A stretch of 64,000 bases of DNA, from contig CAWHXY010000004.1 in NCBI GenBank assembly GCA_963833575.1, positions 416,001 to 480,000 on the forward strand. Direction: 5' to 3'. Shown piece after piece: positions 30,694 through 39,329 of the stretch. Below the pieces are notes generated by a model. It was not told where the DNA came from. It did no database searches and worked only from the letters and a program-made list of their open reading frames with translations. The stretch comes from Candidatus Bathyarchaeota archaeon. Lineage in GTDB: Archaea; Thermoproteota; Bathyarchaeia; Bathyarchaeales; Bathycorpusculaceae. Every line of letters starts with the position of its first letter. Position 1 is the first letter of the stretch. Both the position numbers and the translations under genes were made by a program.

Positions 30694-31557
30694 TTACACC
30701 TTTAGCAAGTGATTAAGGGCTGCCTTTCTCATAACCTCTACTGGTGCATTGCACGCGGTCCAGATTTCAAAAGAGGCAGCGCCTTGATAAATTAACATTT
30801 CAACCCCACTTACTACTTTGGCGCCAGCCGCTTTGGAATCTTTAGTTAATTTTGTTTCAATTGGGTTGTACACTATGTCCATTACAGCTAAGTCAGGTTT
30901 CAACCATTCAGGCTCCACAAGGGTTTGGTCTACGTTTGGTTTCATACCGACTGAAGTGGCATTAATGAGCACGTCGGCATCAGCAAGATTATCTTTAAGT
31001 GAGACTGGCGAAAGGCTGCCGCCCTTGATTTTTTTGTTAAACTTTTGGCTTAAGAGATTAGCTAAACATTCTGCCTGTTCAGATGTGCGATTCAAAATTA
31101 CCAATTTATCTGCTTCCTGTGAAAGTGTGTAAGCAATGGCTTTTGCCGCGCCACCCGCTCCAAGCAACAATACTTTTTTGCCTCTCGGCTTAACGCCGTT
31201 CTGTTCAAGGGCATTTAGTGCGCCCACACCGTCAGTGTTAAAACCAAAAAGTTTTCCATCCTTATTTAAAATAGTATTGATTGAAGCTATAGTTTTAGCA
31301 GTCGGATCTGTCTCATCCAAATATTTGATGACCGCATTTTTGTGAGGCATGGTAACGTTTAACCCGTGAATATTCAAAGCACGCACACCATTTATTGCCT
31401 TTTCAACTTCAGCCGTTTTTACCTTGAAAGCCAAAAAAACATAATCAAGCTCTAATGCTTCAAACGCAGCATTCTGCATTATTGGGCTAAGAGTATGCTC
31501 AATAGGATTACCGATTACTCCACAAACCCTTGTTGTTCCCGAAACAACCATTTTCAC
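30694..31557 (-). CDS. aroE: Shikimate dehydrogenase
   Basis: NVTMPHK, NTDG, GAGGAA. Confidence 0.95.
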   Translation of the reverse strand: MKMVVSGTTRVCGVIGNPIEHTLSPIMQNAAFEALELDYVFLAFKVKTAEVEKAINGVRALNIHGLNVTMPHKNAVIKYLDETDPTAKTIASINTILNKDGKLFGFNTDGVGALNALEQNGVKPRGKKVLLLGAGGAAKAIAYTLSQEADKLVILNRTSEQAECLANLLSQKFNKKIKGGSLSPVSLKDNLADADVLINATSVGMKPNVDQTLVEPEWLKPDLAVMDIVYNPIETKLTKDSKAAGAKVVSGVEMLIYQGAASFEIWTACNAPVEVMRKAALNHLLKV

Positions 31558-32237
31558 TTTACCCCTAGAAGATCGTAAGCAGATCTCATTTCTTGAATAC
31601 TCATCTGTCCAGATGCAGTTTCGCTTCCCTGTTCAAGTGAAGCAAAAGTGAAGAAGGCACCAAACAATGGTGAGAGGAGCCTAGAGATTTTGCCTTTTTC
31701 GCCCATGCAGAAACAGACAAGTTTCAGGCTGCTTGGCTTAGAAGAAACGAAATTTAGCGTCGGCAGGTTGTCTTCGATTTTCTTTGCGGTTGTTACTATT
31801 TTGCAGACGTCCGCTCCACTGGAGAGTTCTTGTTCTAGAATCTTTTCTATTTCGGAAATGCTTAGTGCGCCGTCGAATTTGTGGTATGATACGATTGGTT
31901 TGGCGCCCAACTGCTGGATTTCATCGATTGTTTCTTTACATTTTGAGCTTGATAGGTCAACATCAACATATTCAAAGCCATTTTTAGCAGCGTTAAGTAA
32001 TGTTTCTTGACGTTCAGTTTCTGTCCCTGAGAAATTGCCGCTTTCGCTTCGCAGTTTGTTTGATGCGATCAGAGGAATTTTTGTTTTTTTGACAAGTTTA
32101 GACAGATTTCGGGAGGTTTCAAGATAGTCTAGTCGCACTTCGATGAAGTCTGCTTTGGCTTTTTCTGCTCTCTCAATTAGAGTTGACGCTTCATGATTGT
32201 TTTTTGGGAGAATCGAAACACAGATTCTCGCTGTCAC
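31554..32237 (-). CDS. aroD: Type I 3-dehydroquinate dehydratase
   Basis: EVRLD, SYH, CKIV, MG...SR. Confidence 0.92.
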   Translation of the reverse strand: MTARICVSILPKNNHEASTLIERAEKAKADFIEVRLDYLETSRNLSKLVKKTKIPLIASNKLRSESGNFSGTETERQETLLNAAKNGFEYVDVDLSSSKCKETIDEIQQLGAKPIVSYHKFDGALSISEIEKILEQELSSGADVCKIVTTAKKIEDNLPTLNFVSSKPSSLKLVCFCMGEKGKISRLLSPLFGAFFTFASLEQGSETASGQMSIQEMRSAYDLLGVK

Positions 32238-33277
32238 TTTTCGATCACCGTTTCTTCAGGCACGGATACGCCGAAGTGTCGGCCTCCTTTGGCAGATAAA
32301 TGCACTAGGACTTCATCATTTGGTTTTAGTTCTGTTACTGGTTTTGAGGTTTTCGGGGTAACCACGCGTATGGTCTCAGCGTTTTGAAGGATAGTTTTTA
32401 TTTTTGTACCGTCTGCCTCGGCTTCGATAAGGATTAGGGGCCTGAACTCAATTTTTGATCTGCCCACATTTGTTATTCTTGCTTTTCCTTCCCTGTTAAT
32501 GATTAAAACTTCGTCTCCAGCCTTCAACTCAGAGAGGTACCGAGTATTTTGCAGTGAAGTTAAGGTATAATGCGATGCAGGTCCGGCGTTAACTCGGAAA
32601 GGTCTAGATTGAACATAGGGATTTTCGTTTACTTCTGCTTCAACAAGGAAGAATCCTGCAGATTGGCACCCGACTAGCATTCCTTCGCCAGGAACCATCA
32701 AATCAACAGTGTCAACGCAGACTCTGGCTCCCGTACCGATTGGTTTGATAGATAAGACTTTTGCTGATGTGAGCGCTACTTTTGGCATCTGAGCCTTAAC
32801 TATTTTAGCGGTTTTCGCAAGCTCGTTGGAGTTCGATGTTTTCAATAAGACACCATCTGTTCCCAGTTCTAGGGCTTCAAGAACCACTTTAGCATCTTCT
32901 GCGGTTGTTACTTCGGCGATTAGTTTGCTTTTGCCACCATGAGCTTTAGCGATTAAGTTTTCAAGAGGAATCACTCGCCAATCTAGGCAGTTAATTATTA
33001 TGTAGTCAATCCCTAGTTCTGCTGCTTTTGCAGCTTTGTTTTCGTCTTCTTTTCCTCTTATGCTAATTTTGGTTGCAGTTACTTTGCCTTCATTTTTCAA
33101 TTGGGCAATTTTTTTCTCATTTAGTTCTGTTAGAAAGGTTATGTTTAATTTGTCAGACTTGTTACTTGCTTGTTCGCCGCTGAGAACTACATCAGCATTT
33201 TCATGGGCAAGACTAAGTAAATTCTCTTTTTCTTGCTGAGAAGCGGTTTGCTCTATTTCTACCCAGAGTTCCTTCAA
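32234..33277 (-). CDS. aroB': 3-dehydroquinate synthase II (archaeal)
   Basis: DWRVIPLENLIA, RVCVDT, RPFRVNAG, LQNAET. Confidence 0.93.
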   Translation of the reverse strand: MKELWVEIEQTASQQEKENLLSLAHENADVVLSGEQASNKSDKLNITFLTELNEKKIAQLKNEGKVTATKISIRGKEDENKAAKAAELGIDYIIINCLDWRVIPLENLIAKAHGGKSKLIAEVTTAEDAKVVLEALELGTDGVLLKTSNSNELAKTAKIVKAQMPKVALTSAKVLSIKPIGTGARVCVDTVDLMVPGEGMLVGCQSAGFFLVEAEVNENPYVQSRPFRVNAGPASHYTLTSLQNTRYLSELKAGDEVLIINREGKARITNVGRSKIEFRPLILIEAEADGTKIKTILQNAETIRVVTPKTSKPVTELKPNDEVLVHLSAKGGRHFGVSVPEETVIEK

Positions 33278-34065
33278 CTATGCTCACCAAGAATCTTGAG
33301 CGCCTGTTCTACGGTAACACCATCATGGACTATTGCTGAAAGAGCTTTGACTATCAAGGTTGGGGTTTCGTGTTGAAACACATTACGTCCAATTGAGAGT
33401 CCTGAAGCACCCGCTTTTAAGGCGTCATGTGTGGTTTGAAGGATTTCTTGTGATGTTTTGCATTTTGGTCCTCCCGCTATTACAACGGGGACGGGACAGC
33501 TTTCGATTACAGTTTTGAATGTTTCTATGTTACCTGTGAAGTTTGCTTTGATTATGTCAGCGCCTAATTCAGCGCCGATTCTTGCTGCATGCGCCACAAC
33601 ATCAGGGGCATGTTCATTTTGAATTTTTGGTCCACGCGGATACATCATTGCAAGAAGGGGCATGCCGAACAAGTCGCATTCCTCAGCCACTTTTCCTAAA
33701 GTGCTTAGCATTTTATCCTCGTCTTGTGCACCAACATTAACATGCACTGACACCGCATCTGCACCTAAGCGAATGGCTTCTTGAACAGAACATACTTGGA
33801 CTTTACCATTTATATTTGGACTAAGATTTGACATGCCTGATAACATTACTATTAGACCCGCGTTTCCGATGTCGACGTGTTTCGCTATGCCTTTGTGAAT
33901 AAGTATTGCATCAGTTTTGCCTTTGAGAAGCTGATTGATTATTTGTTGCATGTTAGCTATTCCTTGAATGGGGCCAACTGTCACGCCGTGATCCATCGGC
34001 ACGATTACTGTGCGGTTATCTGGTTGCATGATTCTTTTTAAACGTCGAGTTTTTCCTTGATTCAT
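33274..34065 (-). CDS. aroA': 2-amino-3,7-dideoxy-D-threo-hept-6-ulosonate synthase (class I aldolase)
   Basis: PMDHG, AELGADIIK, AGGPK, GRNVFQ; adjacent to DHQ synthase II. Confidence 0.88.
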   Translation of the reverse strand: MNQGKTRRLKRIMQPDNRTVIVPMDHGVTVGPIQGIANMQQIINQLLKGKTDAILIHKGIAKHVDIGNAGLIVMLSGMSNLSPNINGKVQVCSVQEAIRLGADAVSVHVNVGAQDEDKMLSTLGKVAEECDLFGMPLLAMMYPRGPKIQNEHAPDVVAHAARIGAELGADIIKANFTGNIETFKTVIESCPVPVVIAGGPKCKTSQEILQTTHDALKAGASGLSIGRNVFQHETPTLIVKALSAIVHDGVTVEQALKILGEHS

Positions 34066-34081
34066 CTTTAGTCACCTTTGT

Positions 34082-35329
34082 TTATTTAGCCGTCCTTAAT
34101 GAGTTTTTAATTAACTTCAAAGCCTTCTCACGTTCATTCCAATCCACAAAAAGCAGAATACTTGATGTTATGGTCAATATGCCTGAAATGTTTATCCCGT
34201 TGAGCCTGAGATCTTCACTAATTTTTCCAATTATGCCATGAGTTTCTTCTAAGCCGACACCGCTTGTTTTAATGAACACCAAGTCTTTTTTGACTGCCAT
34301 CGCAATGGTTTCTTTATTGCTCTTTGTAATGTCGTGGATATTATTGAAGAGCGTATCCAAGTTTTTCTCCTGAGAAACATAGAGTATGATCGAGTTTGTG
34401 TTCATTGACATGCCAAGTAAAAGGGAGTGCTGCTTTGTTTTTTCCACCATTTCTTGGATGATTTGCGGGTTTGCAGATATCCCGTTTCCAATTACCGTTA
34501 TTTCAGCAACTGGAAAAGGATGTGCAATTTCCGCGTCTAATTCGGCTGATAGTGCGCCTGTGATTACTGTGCCCTCTTTTGATATGTTGCCATGGGCGTG
34601 ATTGATTACTCGGACGTTGATGTTTTTGGGTTTGTACTTTAGAGCTTTGCTGTGAATGAATTTGGCTCCTGAATCGGCTAACCCTACCAGAGTGTTCACA
34701 TCAATTTGACTGAGGCGTTCGGGGTTGGAAACGATTTTGGGGTCACCTGACATTATTCCGTCCGCATCAGTTACTAAAACGATTTCATCAGCACCTAAAG
34801 CTTCTGCTAAGACAAACGCAGTCGTATCGCTTCCGCCTCTTCCAAGAGTCGTAATTTTGCCGTCTTTGGTTTTACCGAGAAACCCTGCAACTACAGGGAT
34901 CACTCCCCGTTCTATAAGAGGCAACACGCATTCACGAATATTCTTTTCACAATCTTTTAGGATTGGGTTCGCATTTTGAAATGCCGAGTCAGTAATTATC
35001 GGCCAATTGCTGTCAATTGGGTCAAAGTAGCAAGATTCTGCACCATTTGTTTTTAATGCTGCCGAGAATATTCTTATGCTGGTTCTCTCGCCCATCGACA
35101 GAATGTCATCTAAGTCTTTTTTCTCCAATTTCCCTTTGGAAGCATTTTTAGCTGTCGTCATGAGCACGTCAGTTGTTTTGCCCATGGCTGAAACAACGAC
35201 GGCGACTCGTGTGCCTTTTTTGGCTTCATTGATTACGGCAACCACCGCTTTTAAGAGCCTTTCGTGATCGGCTAAGCTAGAACCACCGAATTTAACGACA
35301 ATTGTCTTGTGAGAGGCAACTTTTTCCAT
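34082..35329 (-). CDS. Aspartate kinase
   Basis: VKFGGSS, VVSAMG, TLGRGGSD, C-terminal ACT domains. Confidence 0.93.
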   Translation of the reverse strand: MEKVASHKTIVVKFGGSSLADHERLLKAVVAVINEAKKGTRVAVVVSAMGKTTDVLMTTAKNASKGKLEKKDLDDILSMGERTSIRIFSAALKTNGAESCYFDPIDSNWPIITDSAFQNANPILKDCEKNIRECVLPLIERGVIPVVAGFLGKTKDGKITTLGRGGSDTTAFVLAEALGADEIVLVTDADGIMSGDPKIVSNPERLSQIDVNTLVGLADSGAKFIHSKALKYKPKNINVRVINHAHGNISKEGTVITGALSAELDAEIAHPFPVAEITVIGNGISANPQIIQEMVEKTKQHSLLLGMSMNTNSIILYVSQEKNLDTLFNNIHDITKSNKETIAMAVKKDLVFIKTSGVGLEETHGIIGKISEDLRLNGINISGILTITSSILLFVDWNEREKALKLIKNSLRTAK

Positions 35330-35348
35330 CTTGATACACCCGTGCTAT

Positions 35349-35386
35349 GCCCAGAACTTTTCCCGAAAAATCTTTTAGTTCTGGGC
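35349..35386 (-). promoter_or_regulatory. 10-bp perfect hairpin between the leader stop codon and the aspartokinase start
   Basis: gcccagaact (35349-35358) pairs with agttctgggc (35377-35386); U5 tract in the loop on the mRNA strand. Confidence 0.7.
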
Positions 35387-35470
35387 TTAAGGAAAATAAC
35401 TATAAAAATAGTAGTCGAAGCTAAGGACTTGTGATTTACTGTCTTCTTGGTTGCTTTTGCAATTGGACAT
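35387..35470 (-). CDS. Putative Phe/Tyr leader peptide MSNCKSNQEDSKSQVLSFDYYFYSYFP
   Basis: 27-aa uORF; 7 of the last 10 residues are Phe/Tyr, none in the first 17; precedes the aromatic operon. Confidence 0.75.
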   Translation of the reverse strand: MSNCKSNQEDSKSQVLSFDYYFYSYFP

Positions 35471-35509
35471 TGAAGCTTCGAACTCTTGCTGATTGAGACG
35501 TTATCCAGA

Positions 35510-35525
35510 AAATATAAGCGTTTCG
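35510..35525 (-). promoter_or_regulatory. Candidate BRE/TATA for the aromatic leader transcript
   Basis: Minus-strand cgaaacgcTTATATTT about 40 nt upstream of the uORF ATG. Confidence 0.5.
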
Positions 35526-35628
35526 GCGTTTTAGAAATTTAATACAATTTAACTGACAGCTAATTTGCTCTTTGGGGGTATAGTCTTTATCAATTCGACC
35601 GTCCATAAGAAACGTGGGAAGACATTCG

Positions 35629-36459
35629 ATGAAAACCCGAAATGATTGGCAAGAAATCCTCAGCCAATGCAAAACCAACGTACAAGCAAGCATTAGACCA
35701 TGCATCAAAACCATCAGGGAGCCACAACCTAATTTGGGCATGGGCGCTGGCGGAGACGTTATGAAGCCTGTTGATTTGGCGGCGGAGACAGCTATAATTG
35801 ATACAATAAAGCACCATAACATTTCGTTTACATTAATTAGTGAGGAGTCAGGGGTCAAAAAATTCGGCGCTAATCCCGAAAGTTGTTTCGTCACTGTTGA
35901 CCCAATTGATGGAAGCACCAATTTCATGCATGGCTTGCCTTTCTACTGTTGCTCCATTGCAGTTTCCCAGTTGGCTAACCTGACAGATGTCTACGCTGGC
36001 ATGGTTACTGACTTAGTACACGGTGCTACCTACACCGCTTTTAAGGGAAAAGGCGCATATTTAGACGACAAAAAGATAGAAACCTCAAAAACTTCTTCTC
36101 TGGAAGATGCAGTGGTAGGTTTAGATCTGAACACTTACAAAGTCAAAGAACTGATACCCAAAGTAACTCCTTTGATTGCCAGAACAAAACACATCCGTCA
36201 TTTTGGCGCCAACGCGCTTGAGCTATGCTATGTTGCAAGTGGCTTAACAGATGCATTTGTGGACGTTCGTGGGAAACTGCGCACAACCGATGTGGCGGCA
36301 GGCTTTTTAATCCTTAAAGAAGCAGGTGGAATAGTAACGACACCAGAAAATGGGATTGTAAATGTTGAATTGGATCCTACGAAAACTGTGAGCTTTATAG
36401 CTTCAGGCAATATGGAAATTCACAAAAAAATCATAAACTTGGTTCAATCGGCATGCTGA
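35629..36459 (+). CDS. Inositol monophosphatase / FBPase class IV family
   Basis: SEE, VDPIDGSTNF, DVAAG. Confidence 0.9.
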   Translation: MKTRNDWQEILSQCKTNVQASIRPCIKTIREPQPNLGMGAGGDVMKPVDLAAETAIIDTIKHHNISFTLISEESGVKKFGANPESCFVTVDPIDGSTNFMHGLPFYCCSIAVSQLANLTDVYAGMVTDLVHGATYTAFKGKGAYLDDKKIETSKTSSLEDAVVGLDLNTYKVKELIPKVTPLIARTKHIRHFGANALELCYVASGLTDAFVDVRGKLRTTDVAAGFLILKEAGGIVTTPENGIVNVELDPTKTVSFIASGNMEIHKKIINLVQSAC

Positions 36460-37295
36460 CTCTGCTTTGGCCATATCCTGCAGCACTTATAAAATCGGAA
36501 AAAACTAAAACCCTTCTTATCGCAGACCCCCACTTAGGCTGGGAAACATCGCTTCAAGAAAAAGGCATCCATGTTCCTAGCCAAACACCAAAAATTCTCA
36601 ACAAACTAAAGGCAATAATCACCAAATACAAACCACATCAACTTGTTATCCTTGGCGACGTAAAATACACAGTAATCTCTAGCGCACTAGGAGAGTGGCA
36701 TGATATCCCCGACTTTTTTGCCAAACTGAAAGAAGACGTTAGCGACATAGCCATTATACGTGGGAATCATGACGCTAACATTGAACCTCTCCTTCCAGAA
36801 ATCGTTCAGCTTTTACCTGCAACGGGAGCAGTATTTGGAGGGATAGGCGTTTTTCATGGGCATAAGTGGCCTTCTCCCGATTTGTTGAGGTGCAAAACGT
36901 TGGTTATGGGGCATTTGCATCCTGTTGTGGTTTTTCGTGATCCTGCAGGATTTAAAATTACTAGACAAGTGTGGATGAAAGCAAGCTGCGATTCCGAGGC
37001 CTTAGCGAAGATCCTCTTGCAAAAACACAACGTAAAAATTGAGGGAACAGGGGCAGAAACACTTAGAAAACACTTCAACATCAGCCTAGAAACAAAAGAA
37101 ATTGTCATAATGCCCAGCTTTAACGATTTCCTCGGTGGCAGACCAGTAAATGAAACCAGACCCAGAAAAGAAATCGGCAACGAAGCTTTAATTGGCCCTG
37201 TTTTGCGTTCGGAATCCGTGGACGTGGATAACGCAGAGCTTTACTTGTTGGATGGAACATACTTGGGAACGTTAAACCAGCTTAGAAACTTGTAG
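36453..37295 (+). CDS. Metallophosphoesterase
   Basis: ADPHLG, LGDVK, RGNHD, HGH, GHLHP. Confidence 0.9.
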   Translation: MLTLLWPYPAALIKSEKTKTLLIADPHLGWETSLQEKGIHVPSQTPKILNKLKAIITKYKPHQLVILGDVKYTVISSALGEWHDIPDFFAKLKEDVSDIAIIRGNHDANIEPLLPEIVQLLPATGAVFGGIGVFHGHKWPSPDLLRCKTLVMGHLHPVVVFRDPAGFKITRQVWMKASCDSEALAKILLQKHNVKIEGTGAETLRKHFNISLETKEIVIMPSFNDFLGGRPVNETRPRKEIGNEALIGPVLRSESVDVDNAELYLLDGTYLGTLNQLRNL

Positions 37296-37414
37296 AAACT
37301 TGTAGAAGAGTTGGTTAAAAAAGTTAGTGCTGCTTAGATTAGTTTGTGTTTGCTGGCTAACTCTTATATTTGCCACATGTTATATCGCTAACATAGTTTG
37401 AGGGAGGAAAAAAA

Positions 37415-37570
37415 GTGAAACTTGTAACTGTCCTACTACCAGAAGCATATCTGGAAGGCTTAGATGAATTAGTCAGAGCAAACATGTATCCAAGCAGAAG
37501 CAGCGTAATAAGATCTTCAGTACGTGATTTGTTAAAGAAAGAGCTTTGGGAAAACAAACGCAACAGATAA
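37415..37570 (+). CDS. Ribbon-helix-helix regulator, CdrS-like (51 aa)
   Basis: Manual translation MKLVTVLLPEAYLEGLDELVRANMYPSRSSVIRSSVRDLLKKELWENKRNR; GGAGG SD upstream. Confidence 0.85.
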   Translation: MKLVTVLLPEAYLEGLDELVRANMYPSRSSVIRSSVRDLLKKELWENKRNR

Positions 37571-37576
37571 AACGCG

Positions 37577-38344
37577 CTAAATCCCTTTTACTGAATCACA
37601 AAGCCGACTCGCCATTTGGGCTGGGTCCCCTGCCTGAGTGATCTCTCGCCCAACAATAAGGAAACTGGCACCTGCCTTAACCGCAGTTTCAGCAGAGCCG
37701 CCTTGAGCACCAACACCAGGCGAGTAAATGGGAACTTCTTCCCCAAGAATCCGTTTAACTTCAGTTATTTTCTGTGGATAGGTTGCCCCGACGACTACTC
37801 CGTCAGCCCCCCATGCTAAGGCTTTTTTGGCAAAAGAAACATACTGCGGAATCTGCTCACCCGTTTGGGGATCAATTATTGTTTGGCCGTAACCTTCGCT
37901 TGCGCCTTTATGGCTCATATAACACAAAAGAATCACACCTCGATCAAGCCTCTGAGAAACTTCAAAGAGCGGCTTTAATCCTTCATCCCAACCTATAAAC
38001 GGGTTAGCGATTAACGCATCGAAACCCGCAGCATAGTAATATTCAGCGATAACTTGGTTTGTGGCTCCAATGTCGTTTACCTTAGCATCCATAATTGCCA
38101 GCATTCCTTCCCCACGGATTTGCTCCACCAGTTCTTGCACGCCGTCAAAAGTTCCGAGTGGAAGAACAATATGGTGATTAATTTTTACAGCGCAAACATA
38201 AGGATGAACGGCTTTGAGGATTTTTTGAGCTTTAGACAGCACGTTTTGTCGGTTCTCGGGAGATTCATAAGGAAAATCCAATGCCAAAACAATCGGAGAG
38301 TTTTTGCTTTTGGCTGCTTCACGCATTTTTGCTTTGAACGACAA
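37577..38344 (-). CDS. pyrF: Orotidine-5'-phosphate decarboxylase
   Basis: LALD, DAKVNDIGAT, PGVGAQGG, IVGR; start moved to the TTG at 38344. Confidence 0.93.
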   Translation of the reverse strand: MSFKAKMREAAKSKNSPIVLALDFPYESPENRQNVLSKAQKILKAVHPYVCAVKINHHIVLPLGTFDGVQELVEQIRGEGMLAIMDAKVNDIGATNQVIAEYYYAAGFDALIANPFIGWDEGLKPLFEVSQRLDRGVILLCYMSHKGASEGYGQTIIDPQTGEQIPQYVSFAKKALAWGADGVVVGATYPQKITEVKRILGEEVPIYSPGVGAQGGSAETAVKAGASFLIVGREITQAGDPAQMASRLCDSVKGI

Positions 38345-38485
38345 TGTTATGCCCCTTGAGTTATCTTGTTGATGAGGGGCTATTTCATTTTTTCGTCTGC
38401 TTTGAAAATTAAAAAAGTCTTTTTTATTAAAAAGTGCTCGCATCTTTGAAAGTAGCTAGAGAAATAAGAAAAGTCAATAGCTCAT

Positions 38486-39178
38486 TTATTGAACAGCCCA
38501 AACGCTTGAGCTGGTCAGTTGCCAAATTATTATTATGTTGTATTGCGGGTTGTTGTAACGTTGGACGTTTTCTAAGCTAGTGAGCATTCCTGTTTGCTGG
38601 TCAAAATAGAGGCCAATGTAGTCGTCGCGCATGGTGTTGCCAGTGGGGTCGTTTGCATCAGTAAACTGGCTTTCTATCTGCCAAAAATTTGTTGGTCGGC
38701 TAATGGCACCGTATGCTGTTGAGCTAGTTGCGTTAACGATTTGTTCATCATATCCGGTGGGGCGGAGTAGATCAGATACTTTGAGGTTTGAAGGATAAAT
38801 AGCCCAAAACCCGTTTGCATCACTTTTGTTTCCACTCGATATATCTAATATTTGTGGGCTTGTAATTTCTGTTCCATTTGTAAATCGCCATACTGTGTTA
38901 AATGAAACATTAGTACCTATTACTGCGGTTATGGTGATTTGGTAATAGTCTGTGTCGTTATATTCAGAAAGATAAGCTGGAGTTACCGCATCTACACTGC
39001 CTAAGACTGATTCACCTGTCAGCGTATAAGTGAAAGTATCACCAACATGAACTCCAACTTTAGCTGCTGCTGGTTTATTAAACTGAGTTACATAGACAGC
39101 TGCAGCCACTGAAACTGCTATAATAATTACGAGAATTATAGCAAAATACAGTTTGCTTGATGAACGCTTCTTATACAT
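38486..39178 (-). CDS. Membrane-anchored or secreted protein
   Basis: N-terminal K/R plus hydrophobic helix; T/S/N-rich beta domain ending YFDQQTGML. Confidence 0.75.
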   Translation of the reverse strand: MYKKRSSSKLYFAIILVIIIAVSVAAAVYVTQFNKPAAAKVGVHVGDTFTYTLTGESVLGSVDAVTPAYLSEYNDTDYYQITITAVIGTNVSFNTVWRFTNGTEITSPQILDISSGNKSDANGFWAIYPSNLKVSDLLRPTGYDEQIVNATSSTAYGAISRPTNFWQIESQFTDANDPTGNTMRDDYIGLYFDQQTGMLTSLENVQRYNNPQYNIIIIWQLTSSSVWAVQ

Positions 39179-39329
39179 AACTCTATCATTTCAGAGCCCA
39201 ACTATTTAGTTGTTTTCCCAAAAACCCTCTAAAAATCAGGCGCAGATTTAGTTGCAGAAAATAGGATGTTATTTCTTTTATGGGGTAAATTTAAGAGAAA
39301 GGACCGTTTATAAAAAGGTCGGTGGAAAA

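Noticed and set aside
35436-35927. 163-aa minus-strand ORF and the many similar antisense ORFs in the track
   Set aside because: Shadows of well-supported genes on the opposite strand; this one is in a different frame from the Phe/Tyr leader.
37284-37308. Tandem 10-bp duplication tagaaacttg at the metallophosphoesterase stop
   Set aside because: Only about 2.5 copies and no spacers; slippage duplication, not CRISPR.
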